Positions 1-8,729 of a stretch of 31,110 bases of DNA are shown in pieces. Numbering within the stretch: the stretch's first letter is position 1; each line of letters begins with the position of its first letter. Both the position numbers and the translations under genes were made by a program. The DNA comes from a virus (taxonomy: Duplodnaviria > Caudoviricetes), in IMG/VR virus record IMGVR_UViG_3300031451_000010, positions 1 to 31,110 of that record. The stretch is one strand, 5' to 3'. Under the pieces are notes generated by a model. That model ran no database searches. It was not told the origin of the DNA and worked only from the letters and a program-made list of their open reading frames with translations.

Positions 1-127
1 AAACGAACACTTGCCCTGGGACAACATGGCCGTGGTGAAAGTCCAGAGTAGCCCCCGCTTCGGTTAAGAGGCTGTCGCCTGCGTGTCAGGCGGAAGCCCC
101 TGGCTTTAGCCACGGGGAGTTGTCACC
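1..127 (+). mobile_element. Right end (omega-RNA-like 3' region) of an IS200/IS605-family element; body lies outside the window
   Basis: GAAGCCCCTGGCTTTAGCCACGGGGAGTTGTCAC at 94-127: subterminal hairpin plus terminal TCAC. The same GAGTTGTCAC terminus ends the tnpB element at 5588. Confidence 0.8.
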
Positions 128-2018
128 TGACGTGCCGCATGACCCACGCCTGGAAGCCGTCGGCCCACGCCTTGAACCTGTCCACGCGCGCCGACACCGC
201 CGTGATCTTCGCCTCCGCCGCCGTGATCTTCGCCTCCGCCGCCGCGAGCCGCGCCGCCAAGTCCTGCACCTGGGACGACAGGGCCTGCTCCTGCTGGGTG
301 AGCGCCTGTACGTCCGCCAGGTGGAGCGTGATTTCCGAGTCCGCGATTGCCTGCACCTGAGCGCTGGTGAGTCCGCTCGGCGTGGGCGCTTGGGCTGTCG
401 CCCCTGTGACCGGGTGCGCGGCGCTGTCCGGCGGCGGGGTGGACGTGGGGGCCGGGGCGGGAAGCGTCTCGGCCATCTGCCACTGATGGTAACAGCGGAG
501 TATCTGCAACCCGACCGTGCCGGGCGTGAGCATCCCCCCCGCCGTGCTGTCCAGCAGGTTGATCTCGTCTTGGCCGGGAGTTGTCCATGCCCAGGCCGCG
601 ATCAGTTTCAGGTTGGGAATTTGGGTAAGAGCCGCGTGGAACTCCGGTGAGCCGTCATGGTATTCCCACGCGGCCACCGGGAGCGTTCCCGCCGCCTGCA
701 CAATCTGCTCTGCGGGCAGGTAGGGATGCCAGCCGTACACGTCGCACAATCCGTCCGGCAGGGGGTCTGCGCTTGCCGCCCGCCCGTCCTTGCTGTAGCC
801 CTCAAACCCAACCGTGATGTAGGCATGGGGGCTGGCCGCGCGGATCGCCTCGCAGCACCTTTGGGCCACCGGCTTCCAGGCCGCCCACGTCCCGTACTGG
901 TGCGGCTCGTTCAGCACGTCCAGGATGACCGGTAGCCCCGCGAACGCCTGCGCCATGCGCGTGCTGAGCGTGACCAGGTTGTTTTCTCGGTCGGCCATTG
1001 TCGCCCCTGCGGGGAGTTCCTGGGGCGCGAGACACGGCACAAGGCCCCCTTGCAGCATATGGTAGGCCACCTGCTGCACCTGATGGGAGTAGGCCGGTTC
1101 GTTTAGGGCGAGGTCGGCGTTGTAGTTGACGCGCAGCACCTTGAGGCCAATGTTTGCCAGCAGCCGGAAAAACGCCGCGCTATTGTTTTCCGGCGTGATC
1201 GTCCAGTTGATCGCGTTTCCGTAGTTGCCGCCCAGGGTCAGCGGCAGGCCGGGCAGTGGGGCCAGCGCGTCGGCAAGTCGCGGATACCTGGACGGGTCGC
1301 CTTTGTCCACCCAATCGCCGCTGTCGAAGTTAAAGCCAGGCCATGCCCAGCAGAGCATTTCCCAGGACGCCTTGAACAGCCCCGGCTGCAAATTGTAGAG
1401 GCCCGGCGCAGTCGGGAGGGAGAGATCGAAGAACAGGTCCATGCGGGCGTAGTCGTCAAAGGGATCAGTTCCCTGCTTGACATTCGCATCGCCGTCGCCG
1501 AAAGCCGCCCAAGCCTGCTGGAAGCCTGCCGATCCCTTGACCATCGCCCAAAATCCAGCATCGGTGTAGCCTGCCATTTGCCGCCAATTCTTCGGGAACT
1601 TGATGACCACAGGCACATGCACCTTGTCCATGACGGATGCCTGCGAGATTTCGATGGTGGGCTTCGTGACGCGGGTTTGGCTGGTGGCGATGGCGAACGC
1701 CACGGGGACATTCTGCTGGAACGCCGTCTGGCTGTAGCCCGTTCCGGCGACAAAGAGGATGAGGTTTCCGCCCGTATAGTCGCCTTTCGGGAGAGTTTTT
1801 CGCCACGATCCCCGATTCTGTGCGCCGTCTGCCAGCGTCAAAACGGTTTGTGCGCCAGGGCCGATGTCCTGCCAGTCGGTGTCTCCTGTACGCTGGACAA
1901 AAAGCTGGAGCGTGACAGCCCCACTTGAACCAGCAGCCGTGTCGAATTGATAGGAACAGACCACTTCGCCCAGGTCTGTGGTGCAGGCAATCTGTGGGCT
2001 GGAAATGGTGAGGTTCAT
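123..2018 (-). CDS. Glycoside hydrolase family 5-like (clan GH-A) protein with N-terminal beta-rich region, Pro/Thr linker and C-terminal coiled coil
   Basis: Motifs VLRVNYN, ILDVLNEPH (acid/base NEP), YGWHPY and AWEY (candidate nucleophile). The stop TGA lies within the IS terminal TCAC. Start overlaps the upstream stop (ATGA). Confidence 0.7.
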   Translation of the reverse strand: MNLTISSPQIACTTDLGEVVCSYQFDTAAGSSGAVTLQLFVQRTGDTDWQDIGPGAQTVLTLADGAQNRGSWRKTLPKGDYTGGNLILFVAGTGYSQTAFQQNVPVAFAIATSQTRVTKPTIEISQASVMDKVHVPVVIKFPKNWRQMAGYTDAGFWAMVKGSAGFQQAWAAFGDGDANVKQGTDPFDDYARMDLFFDLSLPTAPGLYNLQPGLFKASWEMLCWAWPGFNFDSGDWVDKGDPSRYPRLADALAPLPGLPLTLGGNYGNAINWTITPENNSAAFFRLLANIGLKVLRVNYNADLALNEPAYSHQVQQVAYHMLQGGLVPCLAPQELPAGATMADRENNLVTLSTRMAQAFAGLPVILDVLNEPHQYGTWAAWKPVAQRCCEAIRAASPHAYITVGFEGYSKDGRAASADPLPDGLCDVYGWHPYLPAEQIVQAAGTLPVAAWEYHDGSPEFHAALTQIPNLKLIAAWAWTTPGQDEINLLDSTAGGMLTPGTVGLQILRCYHQWQMAETLPAPAPTSTPPPDSAAHPVTGATAQAPTPSGLTSAQVQAIADSEITLHLADVQALTQQEQALSSQVQDLAARLAAAEAKITAAEAKITAVSARVDRFKAWADGFQAWVMRHVR

Positions 2019-2941
2019 ACGGATTGTTCCTTTGCCGGAGAGAGATCAATAGAGAGATCAATAGCGGCCGGGTCTGTAGGCGCGGCGGAAGGGCCTGCGG
2101 GCACGCCTGCGGGAATGTAGTCTGTCGCCGTGTGGCCTTCAGCAGCAGGAAGCTCCGTAGCAAGAGGCTCCGCCTGCGGAGCCTCGGTCGGCGTGAAGGG
2201 CGGCGTCAAGGTCAGCACAATGGCTCGGTCGGCGTGGGCGTCGTTGACGGACACCCCGAAGCCGAGCTGCGCCAAAACCCCCAGCAGGGGGCGAACGCGG
2301 GCGGCGGCAAAGACGGTCAGTCCGTCCGAGGCCAGCAACCCGCCGTGCAGGTCATCCAAAATCGCCTCGTGCGTGGTGCTCAGGAAGACCTTCAGGGGCA
2401 CGTTCGCGGCCTGCCCTGCGGACAGTGTGCCGGGACTCAGTAGGTGTCCGGGCGTCAGCGCTTTTGTGAGCGTTTTGTTGCCGGGCAGGAGCGTTTTGTT
2501 CACGTCCATTGCGGGGGCGGCTTCCACGCTCTTTATTTCCAGCGGCTCAAAGGCCCCGGCGATCTTTCTGTGCCAGTAGTCCGACCACGGGTAATCCCAG
2601 GACGAGTAGATCACCTTGCCGTCCGAGACGCCGACGTGCCCCGCAAAGCGTTCTGGGTCATGCAGGGGCGCGCAGTGGTCGAAGAAGACGAGCTGCACCC
2701 GCGACAGGTCCAGGGGGGCCGCCTGCCAGCCGAAGCGGGCCGGGGATTGGCGAAGCGCGCGGAAGTTTTCAATGGCCGTGTTGCGCGGGGACGGCATGGC
2801 CTGGGGCAGCATGGGGCGGCCAAATGCGCCCAGAAGGGCCGCGCGTGTGTCGCGCAGGCACCAGTTATGCACGTTCGAGGTCTGCTTCAATATCCGCACC
2901 GCCTCGTGCAGTTTCTGGGCATTCGACTTCGTTTCGCTCAT
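2015..2941 (-). CDS. Putative endolysin with a CHAP/NlpC-P60-like Cys-His domain
   Basis: NWCLR...LVFFD...AGHVGVSDG pattern; lies directly downstream of a holin-like gene. Confidence 0.55.
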   Translation of the reverse strand: MSETKSNAQKLHEAVRILKQTSNVHNWCLRDTRAALLGAFGRPMLPQAMPSPRNTAIENFRALRQSPARFGWQAAPLDLSRVQLVFFDHCAPLHDPERFAGHVGVSDGKVIYSSWDYPWSDYWHRKIAGAFEPLEIKSVEAAPAMDVNKTLLPGNKTLTKALTPGHLLSPGTLSAGQAANVPLKVFLSTTHEAILDDLHGGLLASDGLTVFAAARVRPLLGVLAQLGFGVSVNDAHADRAIVLTLTPPFTPTEAPQAEPLATELPAAEGHTATDYIPAGVPAGPSAAPTDPAAIDLSIDLSPAKEQSV

Positions 2942-2980
2942 GGGGCAGCCTTTTCTTTGGGAGCGGTCACTGGGGACAAG

Positions 2981-3322
2981 TTACTGGGGCGCGTCTTCGT
3001 AAGGCGGCATCGGGTGCTCTTCCGGCCCGTCCGTGCCGGGGGCCGGGGCTGCCCCCAGCTTCCCTGCCTGCGGGCCGCTTTCCGCCGCCCGCCGCGCCTT
3101 CACGTCCGGGCCGGTCGTCAGCCCCGTTTCCGTGCCGGAAAACGACGTCAGAAGCGACCGGCACAGGCCGGAAACAATAGTCGTGAAGGCTCCCACCAGG
3201 GAGATCACGAGCGGCGACAGCGGGACATGGGCATCGCTGTACGCCTTGACGACGGACGGGACCACGATGGACACCAGAAACATTAATGCGGCGACGATCT
3301 GGCTGATGGTGAGCTTTTTCAA
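2981..3322 (-). CDS. Putative holin (2 TM segments)
   Basis: 113 aa with two hydrophobic segments (IVAALMFLVSIVVP; LVISLVGAFTTIVSGL); AAGGA RBS; precedes the endolysin-like gene. Confidence 0.55.
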   Translation of the reverse strand: MKKLTISQIVAALMFLVSIVVPSVVKAYSDAHVPLSPLVISLVGAFTTIVSGLCRSLLTSFSGTETGLTTGPDVKARRAAESGPQAGKLGAAPAPGTDGPEEHPMPPYEDAPQ

Positions 3323-3696
3323 GGGGCGTCCTCTTTCTCTTCGATTGCGGTAGGTTTCAGCGGGAAATCAGGCGCGTGGGTTGCTTCGGCAAAGACGATT
3401 TGCAGTTCTTCCACAAGCGCTTCCCTGCCGTCAAAGTCGCGGTGACGCAGTACCCCCAGAATCTCCGCCTGCTGCTGGCGGCAGCGGCGGGACCTACCGA
3501 CAACGATCCAGGCCAGCCGCCGCACCATATCCTCTAAAATCAGCGCCTTTTCCAGCGCCTCCAGGTACGCATCTGTTTCTTTTTTTTCCTGCGTTGCCGC
3601 CCCCCGCCGCTGCCGCCCCGCAATCACCACCATCAGGCCGGAGACGATGCTTAGCGCGGCGACAACGATGTCTTTCCCGTCTTCAGGATTAACCAT
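3319..3696 (-). CDS. Single-TM membrane protein of the lysis cassette (start MVNPEDG)
   Basis: Sub-ORF of track ORF 3319..3957; hydrophobic IVVAALSIVSGLMVVIAG followed by a charged helical region. Confidence 0.5.
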   Translation of the reverse strand: MVNPEDGKDIVVAALSIVSGLMVVIAGRQRRGAATQEKKETDAYLEALEKALILEDMVRRLAWIVVGRSRRCRQQQAEILGVLRHRDFDGREALVEELQIVFAEATHAPDFPLKPTAIEEKEDAP

Positions 3697-4184
3697 AAGG
3701 AGCGCGCCTTTCGTTGTCTCGACTTCGCGTACTGAGCATTCAGACGGAAACAGGTGTAGAGCGCGGCGCACATGAACAGTAAGTAGTCTTTCCAGACAAT
3801 CGAGTAGACTGTGGACAGCGAAATACTGAGCCACACGCCGAGAAATGTGAGCGCTCCCAGGCCCTGCATCCAGACGCGCAGGTTCAGCCGCCCAAAGAGG
3901 ACGCCGTAGAGTTCCCCCAGGGCCAGGAGCGCGACGACCAGGGCTGCGCCGTCCCACTTGGGCAGCCCGAACCTGGGCAGGACGTGCCAGAGCAGCGTGT
4001 AGCGCGAGTCCAGGGCGTCATTCGCGGCAAGCTGTGTGAACGACGTGGACAGGTTGATCAGCCCCCCGAACACGATGATCTCCAGCCAGTCAATGTGCGC
4101 TTCCAGGTGCAAAAAGCGCAGGCGGTGCACGAGTGCGACCTGCCAAAATACCGCGCGTTCTGCCGATGATGGGGATTTGGTCAT
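3651..4184 (-). CDS. Multi-pass membrane protein, about 4 TM (holin/antiholin-like)
   Basis: Four hydrophobic segments; AAAGGA RBS upstream of ATG 4184. Confidence 0.6.
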   Translation of the reverse strand: MTKSPSSAERAVFWQVALVHRLRFLHLEAHIDWLEIIVFGGLINLSTSFTQLAANDALDSRYTLLWHVLPRFGLPKWDGAALVVALLALGELYGVLFGRLNLRVWMQGLGALTFLGVWLSISLSTVYSIVWKDYLLFMCAALYTCFRLNAQYAKSRQRKARSLWLILKTGKTSLSPR

Positions 4185-4271
4185 GGTTCAAGTCCTTTCG
4201 CGGACGCGGGCAAGGAGACCCCAACTTGCGTTTACGCGGGGGAGGAATTGCCCAATCGGTTTAGTTTGGCA

Positions 4272-4301
4272 TTGACAAGCCTGCGTGATTGCGGGTATAA
4301 T
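4272..4301 (+). promoter_or_regulatory. Sigma70 promoter of tnpB (probably leaderless transcript)
   Basis: TTGACA (4272-4277), 18 nt spacer, TATAAT (4296-4301). GTG at 4311 has no SD. Confidence 0.7.
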
Positions 4302-4310
4302 GTCAGTATA

Positions 4311-5555
4311 GTGAAACTTACTGCCCAAGTCAAACTGCTCGTAACGCCTGAGCAGGCGGACGCCTTGAAGCGAACGATGCAGGCCGCCAACGCCGTCTGT
4401 GACAGCCTGAGCGCATGGGCCTGGGCAAACCAGACTTTCGGGCAGTATCCGCTCCACAAAGGTCAGTACGCGGCTCAACGTGCTTCTTCGGGGCTGACCG
4501 CACAGGTTATTGTTCGTGCTATTGGCAAAGTCGCTGACTCCTACAAGCTGGACAAGCGCACTCAGCGCACGTTTCTGCCCACGGGGGCGATTGCCTTTGA
4601 TGGCCGTATCCTGCGGTGGTATGTTGACAAGGGGCAGGTAAGCATCTGGTCGGTAGAGGGTCGTCTGAAACTGCCTTTCGTGTGCGGTGAGTACCAGCGC
4701 GGCCTTCTTGCTTTTCAGCAGGGCGAAAGTGATTTGGCCTTTGTCAATGGCCACTTCTACCTGATGGCGACGGTCAGCATTCCTGACCCGCCGCTGATTG
4801 AGACGGACGGCGTTCTCGGTGTTGACCTCGGCATTGTCCAACTTGCAACCGACAGCGAAGGCCGTGCCTACAGCGGTGAACCCGTCAAGGCTGTTCGCCG
4901 CCGTGCCCAACGTATTCGCGCTCTTTTGCAAAGCAAGGGAACCAAGAACGCCAAAAAGCACTTGCAGAGAATGCGCCAACGCACGGCCAACTATCAGAGG
5001 TGGGTGAACCACAACATCAGCAAGCAACTTGTTCAGAATGCACTCCTTTCGCGCAAGGCAATCGCTCTGGAAGACCTCAAAGGTATTCGAGAACGAGCCT
5101 CGGCTTTTAGCGAAAAGCGCGGAAGCCGTGAGAGAAAGAAAGCCCGCAAGGTTGTCTCCCGTATCCATGAGCGGGTTCGTAACCGCCGTCACGACTTTGT
5201 TCACCAGACAGCCCGAAGGCTGGTCAATCGCTACGGCACAATCGCCGTTGAGAAACTCAATGTCAAGGGCATGGTTAAGAACCACTGCCTCGCCAAGTCT
5301 ATCTCTGATGCTTCTTGGTCAATGTTCCGTTCCGTCCTAACGAATAAGGCTGAAAGTGCTGGTCGTTTGGTCGTCTCGGTCAATCCTGCGTACACGTCTC
5401 AAATGTGTAGCGGGTGCGGAAACATCGCCAAGAAGTCCCTGTCGGTGCGAACGCATCGGTGTCTCAGTTGTGGCCTCGTGCTTGACCGAGACACCAATGC
5501 CGCCGTCAACATTAAGGCTCTAGGACAATATAGCCTCGCTACTTTGATAGCGTAG
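4311..5555 (+). CDS. tnpB: RNA-guided nuclease TnpB, apparently chimeric (two bridge-helix/RuvC-II segments)
   Basis: MKLTAQVKL N-terminus; RuvC-I GVDLG; IALEDL and IAVEKL; YTSQMCSGCG...CLSCG zinc ribbon; DRDTNAAVNI. Confidence 0.9.
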   Translation: MKLTAQVKLLVTPEQADALKRTMQAANAVCDSLSAWAWANQTFGQYPLHKGQYAAQRASSGLTAQVIVRAIGKVADSYKLDKRTQRTFLPTGAIAFDGRILRWYVDKGQVSIWSVEGRLKLPFVCGEYQRGLLAFQQGESDLAFVNGHFYLMATVSIPDPPLIETDGVLGVDLGIVQLATDSEGRAYSGEPVKAVRRRAQRIRALLQSKGTKNAKKHLQRMRQRTANYQRWVNHNISKQLVQNALLSRKAIALEDLKGIRERASAFSEKRGSRERKKARKVVSRIHERVRNRRHDFVHQTARRLVNRYGTIAVEKLNVKGMVKNHCLAKSISDASWSMFRSVLTNKAESAGRLVVSVNPAYTSQMCSGCGNIAKKSLSVRTHRCLSCGLVLDRDTNAAVNIKALGQYSLATLIA

Positions 5556-5606
5556 AAGCCCGTCCATTTATGGACGTGGAGTTGTCACGGTCTAAATCCT
5601 CCGAAC

Positions 5607-5680
5607 AAAAAAACAGACAAACAATAGCGCCTCCGAACAAAACAATAGCGCCTCCGACGTGCCGCTCTGCCGGAGGCGCT
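5607..5680 (-). terminator. Leader hairpin/intrinsic terminator upstream of the lysis cassette
   Basis: Stem AGCGCCTCCGGC (5680-5669) pairs with GTCGGAGGCGCT (5658-5647), followed by T-rich tracts. Extra arm copies at 5737-5726 and 5636-5626. Confidence 0.6.
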
Positions 5681-5785
5681 GACAAGTGATTTTATCACAA
5701 AAATCAGCGTACCGGAAAAGGGCCTGTCGGAGGCGCTGGGGCCTCTGAAAATGGCTCGTAAAATCACCCGAGGAAATCTACTGGC

Positions 5786-5814
5786 ATTATACAGCAACCG
5801 GACGGGATTGTCAA
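5786..5814 (-). promoter_or_regulatory. Late promoter P2 (consensus sigma70)
   Basis: TTGACA, 17 nt spacer, TATAAT; the -35 overlaps the NIDO gene stop codon. Confidence 0.75.
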
Positions 5815-6560
5815 GACGCATTCCACGTCAGCGAAACACTGCCATCGCAGTGCCCCTGCCCGGCCAGGCCGGTCGGCGGCGCCACCCTCCCATACACAAC
5901 GCCGTTTCTGACTTGGAAGCGGTAGCGCCCCGGCACGTCGCTGCCCAGGGAATGCGCGGCAAGGGCGGACGGCCCGCCGTCTAGGAATGCGCCGGGAATG
6001 CCGGAGCCGGGAAGCTCGTAAAACGTGCCCGGCTGCCCGCTGCCGGAGCTGTAGCCGGCGTGGGCCGACTGACCGCCCAGCCCCCCTGCCCCGCCCGACG
6101 CGTCCCCGGTTTCCCACCGGATTTGCTCGTAATTGAACTCAATGTCGAAGTCGCCCGTCCGCACATCCGCCCGGCTGATCAGGAGTAGCTGGAAGCGGTT
6201 CAACTTGTCGGCGCGCGAGTTGAAGTAGCCGACGCCCAACCAGTCCAGGCCGAAGCAGGGTAGCCCGTCCACCACGTCCTGCCCGTAGGTCATTAGGCTC
6301 GACCCCGCTGCGCGTGTGTCCACGTCCGCAAAGAAGGCCGCGATGATGGGCTGCGGGACGCCGCCGGTCAGCCCGTAGGGCGTGTAGGTGACTTGCCCGG
6401 ACGTGAAGGTGATATTGCCATTGTTGTTCGGAAAAACGGCGGAATACATCGTCCCGAAGTAGTTGACCGGAAAGCCCAGGGCAGTACTTGGGGCGGAAGC
6501 GTCGTCATTGGCGGCCAGCGAACTAGCCCGGAAGCCTGCTAAATCTCTAATGGCGCTCAA
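5811..6560 (-). CDS. Nidogen-like (NIDO) domain protein ending in the first two strands of an FN3 domain
   Basis: GFPVNYFG..NNNGNITF..IIAAFFADVDTR..NRFQLLLI..FDIEFNYEQIRWETGDASGG; C-terminus APPTGLAG..SVSLTWNAS*. TTG start with GGAGAGGG RBS. Confidence 0.75.
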   Translation of the reverse strand: MSAIRDLAGFRASSLAANDDASAPSTALGFPVNYFGTMYSAVFPNNNGNITFTSGQVTYTPYGLTGGVPQPIIAAFFADVDTRAAGSSLMTYGQDVVDGLPCFGLDWLGVGYFNSRADKLNRFQLLLISRADVRTGDFDIEFNYEQIRWETGDASGGAGGLGGQSAHAGYSSGSGQPGTFYELPGSGIPGAFLDGGPSALAAHSLGSDVPGRYRFQVRNGVVYGRVAPPTGLAGQGHCDGSVSLTWNAS

Positions 6561-7843
6561 ATTCCCTCTCCCCCATGCAGGGCATAACCCTCCATGATTT
6601 GTTCGTACATCTTCGGCAGCATCAGGCGCGGGGACTTGTCCGTGCCCGCCAGGTTACTCATAAAGTGCAGGAGGACGGCGGGCTGCCCCTGATAGCTGAG
6701 GCGCAGGCCCTTCGGCGTCATCTCGGAGTGAAACCACGTTTCCGGGGCGTCATTGTGCGAGAACAGATTGTACCGGCGGCTGAGGAAAACGGGGTCGGCG
6801 ACGGCGTGGATGGCGAGGGTCAGCAGGACTTCCTCGGCGAACCACGCAAAGCCGCCCTCGGCCCACAGCACGGCCAGCGGGTTCCACGCGGCGATCTGCC
6901 GGCCAACCGCCTCCATCGCCTCCCGGTGCCCCGCGACAAACCCTCCGTTGAACAGGTAAGGCCGGTCCACAAGGTCGGCGCGACCCGTCACTAGCTCCAC
7001 GTCCGAATCGGGCGCCCCCTGGCTCCTCACCGCCGCGCCGACCGTGTCGTTTGCCCCCCGGTCTTCCGCAGCCGAAGCCAGGAGCGGGTTTGCCGGGGCC
7101 AATGCCTGCACCCCGGCGACGGAGGAGCGCGACAGGTTTGCCACTGTCGCCCGCAGCCCTTCCAGGGAGCCGACCACGAGCGTGTCCAGGTCACAGAGGA
7201 TGAGGTACCGCGCGTCCGTGAAGCGCCAGGCCCCGTACAAAACGCCCTTAATGGACGCGCCGAACGGTGCCAATCCCCTGCCGGGAATGACGCGCACGTT
7301 CAGCGCCGTTAGCTCCTCCGCCGAAAAGCCCAAGTCCGGGGCGTCAATCGCAAACACCAGGAGCGTAGCATCCGGGACGCCGCCGAAGGCGCGCAGGGAG
7401 CGCAGGAACGTGGAAAACAGGTGCTCGTAGCCGGGCGTCAGGACGACCGCGAGGGCGAAGTCGGCGGGGACGGCTTCGGGAGGGCGTGCAAAATCGGTGA
7501 TAAAATCACTAGTAGGGCGTGCAAAAAGGGCGCGCTGCAAAGGGTCGGTGATGTAGTCGCCCTGTAGCGCGTCCGGGCCAGCCGCCTGCCGGACGCGCCG
7601 GAAGGACGCTTCAATCAAGTGTTTCGGGAAGCGGCGGATTTCGCGGAACACCTGCACCCGGCGCCAGTCGCGAGGGTCCGTCATTTCCCGCATTAGCGCA
7701 TTCAGGCGGTCAACGTCCAGTGCGTCTTCAGGCACTTCTTCAGGCACTTCTTCAGGCACTTCTTCAGGCACTTCTTCAGGCATCTCTTCAGGCATCTCTT
7801 CAGGCATCTCTTCAGGCATCTCTTCAGGCATCTCTTCAGACAT
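6557..7843 (-). CDS. GT-A fold glycosyltransferase (GT8-like) with an N-terminal EEMP/EEVP repeat
   Basis: ILCDLDTLVV (DxD), FNGGFV, RRYN, VLLHF. ATG 7843 overlaps the end of the upstream gene. Confidence 0.7.
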   Translation of the reverse strand: MSEEMPEEMPEEMPEEMPEEMPEEVPEEVPEEVPEEVPEDALDVDRLNALMREMTDPRDWRRVQVFREIRRFPKHLIEASFRRVRQAAGPDALQGDYITDPLQRALFARPTSDFITDFARPPEAVPADFALAVVLTPGYEHLFSTFLRSLRAFGGVPDATLLVFAIDAPDLGFSAEELTALNVRVIPGRGLAPFGASIKGVLYGAWRFTDARYLILCDLDTLVVGSLEGLRATVANLSRSSVAGVQALAPANPLLASAAEDRGANDTVGAAVRSQGAPDSDVELVTGRADLVDRPYLFNGGFVAGHREAMEAVGRQIAAWNPLAVLWAEGGFAWFAEEVLLTLAIHAVADPVFLSRRYNLFSHNDAPETWFHSEMTPKGLRLSYQGQPAVLLHFMSNLAGTDKSPRLMLPKMYEQIMEGYALHGGEGI

Positions 7844-7844
7844 C
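7725..7844. repeat. 12-bp tandem array x10 (TCTTCAGGCA[CT/TC])
   Basis: Four copies of TCTTCAGGCACT, five of TCTTCAGGCATC, one of TCTTCAGACATC; spans stop 7836 and start 7843. Confidence 0.95.
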
Positions 7845-8729
7845 TTGATCCTTCCACTCCGCGATCCGTTCCCGCGCTTCCCGCAGGGCGTCTTCCACCC
7901 AGCCTTTCGCCTTCTCGTGGTACTCCGGCGCGTACTCTTTGGACCCGGCATACGAGCGCGGGTGGTCTACCCAGTCATCGCAATGCCGCTCATAGTTGGT
8001 TTCGTGCCCGATGAGGCGCGGCGCGATGCCTGCCGCCCGCAGGCACAGGTTGAAGCAGGTTTCCGTGTCCGGCCATCCCTGCGTGGACCGGGGAACCCCG
8101 AACTGCGTGTGCGCGCGGTTGAAGTTCCAGGATGCGCCGATCCGATGAACTGTTGGGACATGGACCATCGTCGCCGTGTGGCTGACCATGCCCTCCCACA
8201 AGTCGGTCAGCCAGTCTCGCGGGGACATTTCGTAGCCGACGGCGGGGCACTGGGCGCTGCACATCGTCAAGAGGTATTTCAGATAGTCACGCCTCCGCAG
8301 AAAACAGTCTGTGTGCGTGTTGAACATATACTCCGTCTGGACAAGCGCGTAGGCGAGGTCCTGAGCGACCCCCACCGGCTCGGAGGAGTGCCGGTAGGCG
8401 TGGGCGCGCAGGCAGTGAATTTCCACGTCTTCCGCTTCGCAGTCCATCAGCCGCGCCAGGTGCTCCTCGCTGCTGCCGGTGTCCACGACGAGAATGTAGG
8501 GCCGCACGGTCTGAAGCCGAAGCAGCTCAATAACCGTCGGCACAGTTTCGGGCGTGTTGAGGTGCGCCATTGTCGCTGTGACCTGATACTCCCAGGGCTT
8601 TTTCGCGATGACGCCTTCCCACCGCTTGCCGGGAATGTCCGAGGGGGCGACAAGTCTGCGGCGCGCGGCGCGCGGAGACTCGGACGGCGGGAACAGGCCG
8701 GGTTTGGGCGAAACAGAGGCAATAAGCAA
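7836..8729 (-). CDS. Glycosyltransferase family 2-like protein
   Basis: LLRLQT..YILVVDTGS..TEYMFNTHTDCF (DxD-like). Confidence 0.75.
   Translation of the reverse strand: MLIASVSPKPGLFPPSESPRAARRRLVAPSDIPGKRWEGVIAKKPWEYQVTATMAHLNTPETVPTVIELLRLQTVRPYILVVDTGSSEEHLARLMDCEAEDVEIHCLRAHAYRHSSEPVGVAQDLAYALVQTEYMFNTHTDCFLRRRDYLKYLLTMCSAQCPAVGYEMSPRDWLTDLWEGMVSHTATMVHVPTVHRIGASWNFNRAHTQFGVPRSTQGWPDTETCFNLCLRAAGIAPRLIGHETNYERHCDDWVDHPRSYAGSKEYAPEYHEKAKGWVEDALREARERIAEWKDQDV

Larger units (their letters stand above)
4185..5588 (+). mobile_element. tnpB-only IS200/IS605-family (IS1341-like) element; left boundary uncertain (4185-4205)
   Basis: Left hairpin GGGCAA...TTGCCC (4208-4253), then tnpB, then right end GAAGCCCGTCCATTTATGGACGTGGAGTTGTCAC ending at 5588. 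No tnpA. Confidence 0.8.

Noticed and set aside
4188-5285. 365-aa minus-strand ORF
   Set aside because: It is the antisense shadow of tnpB.
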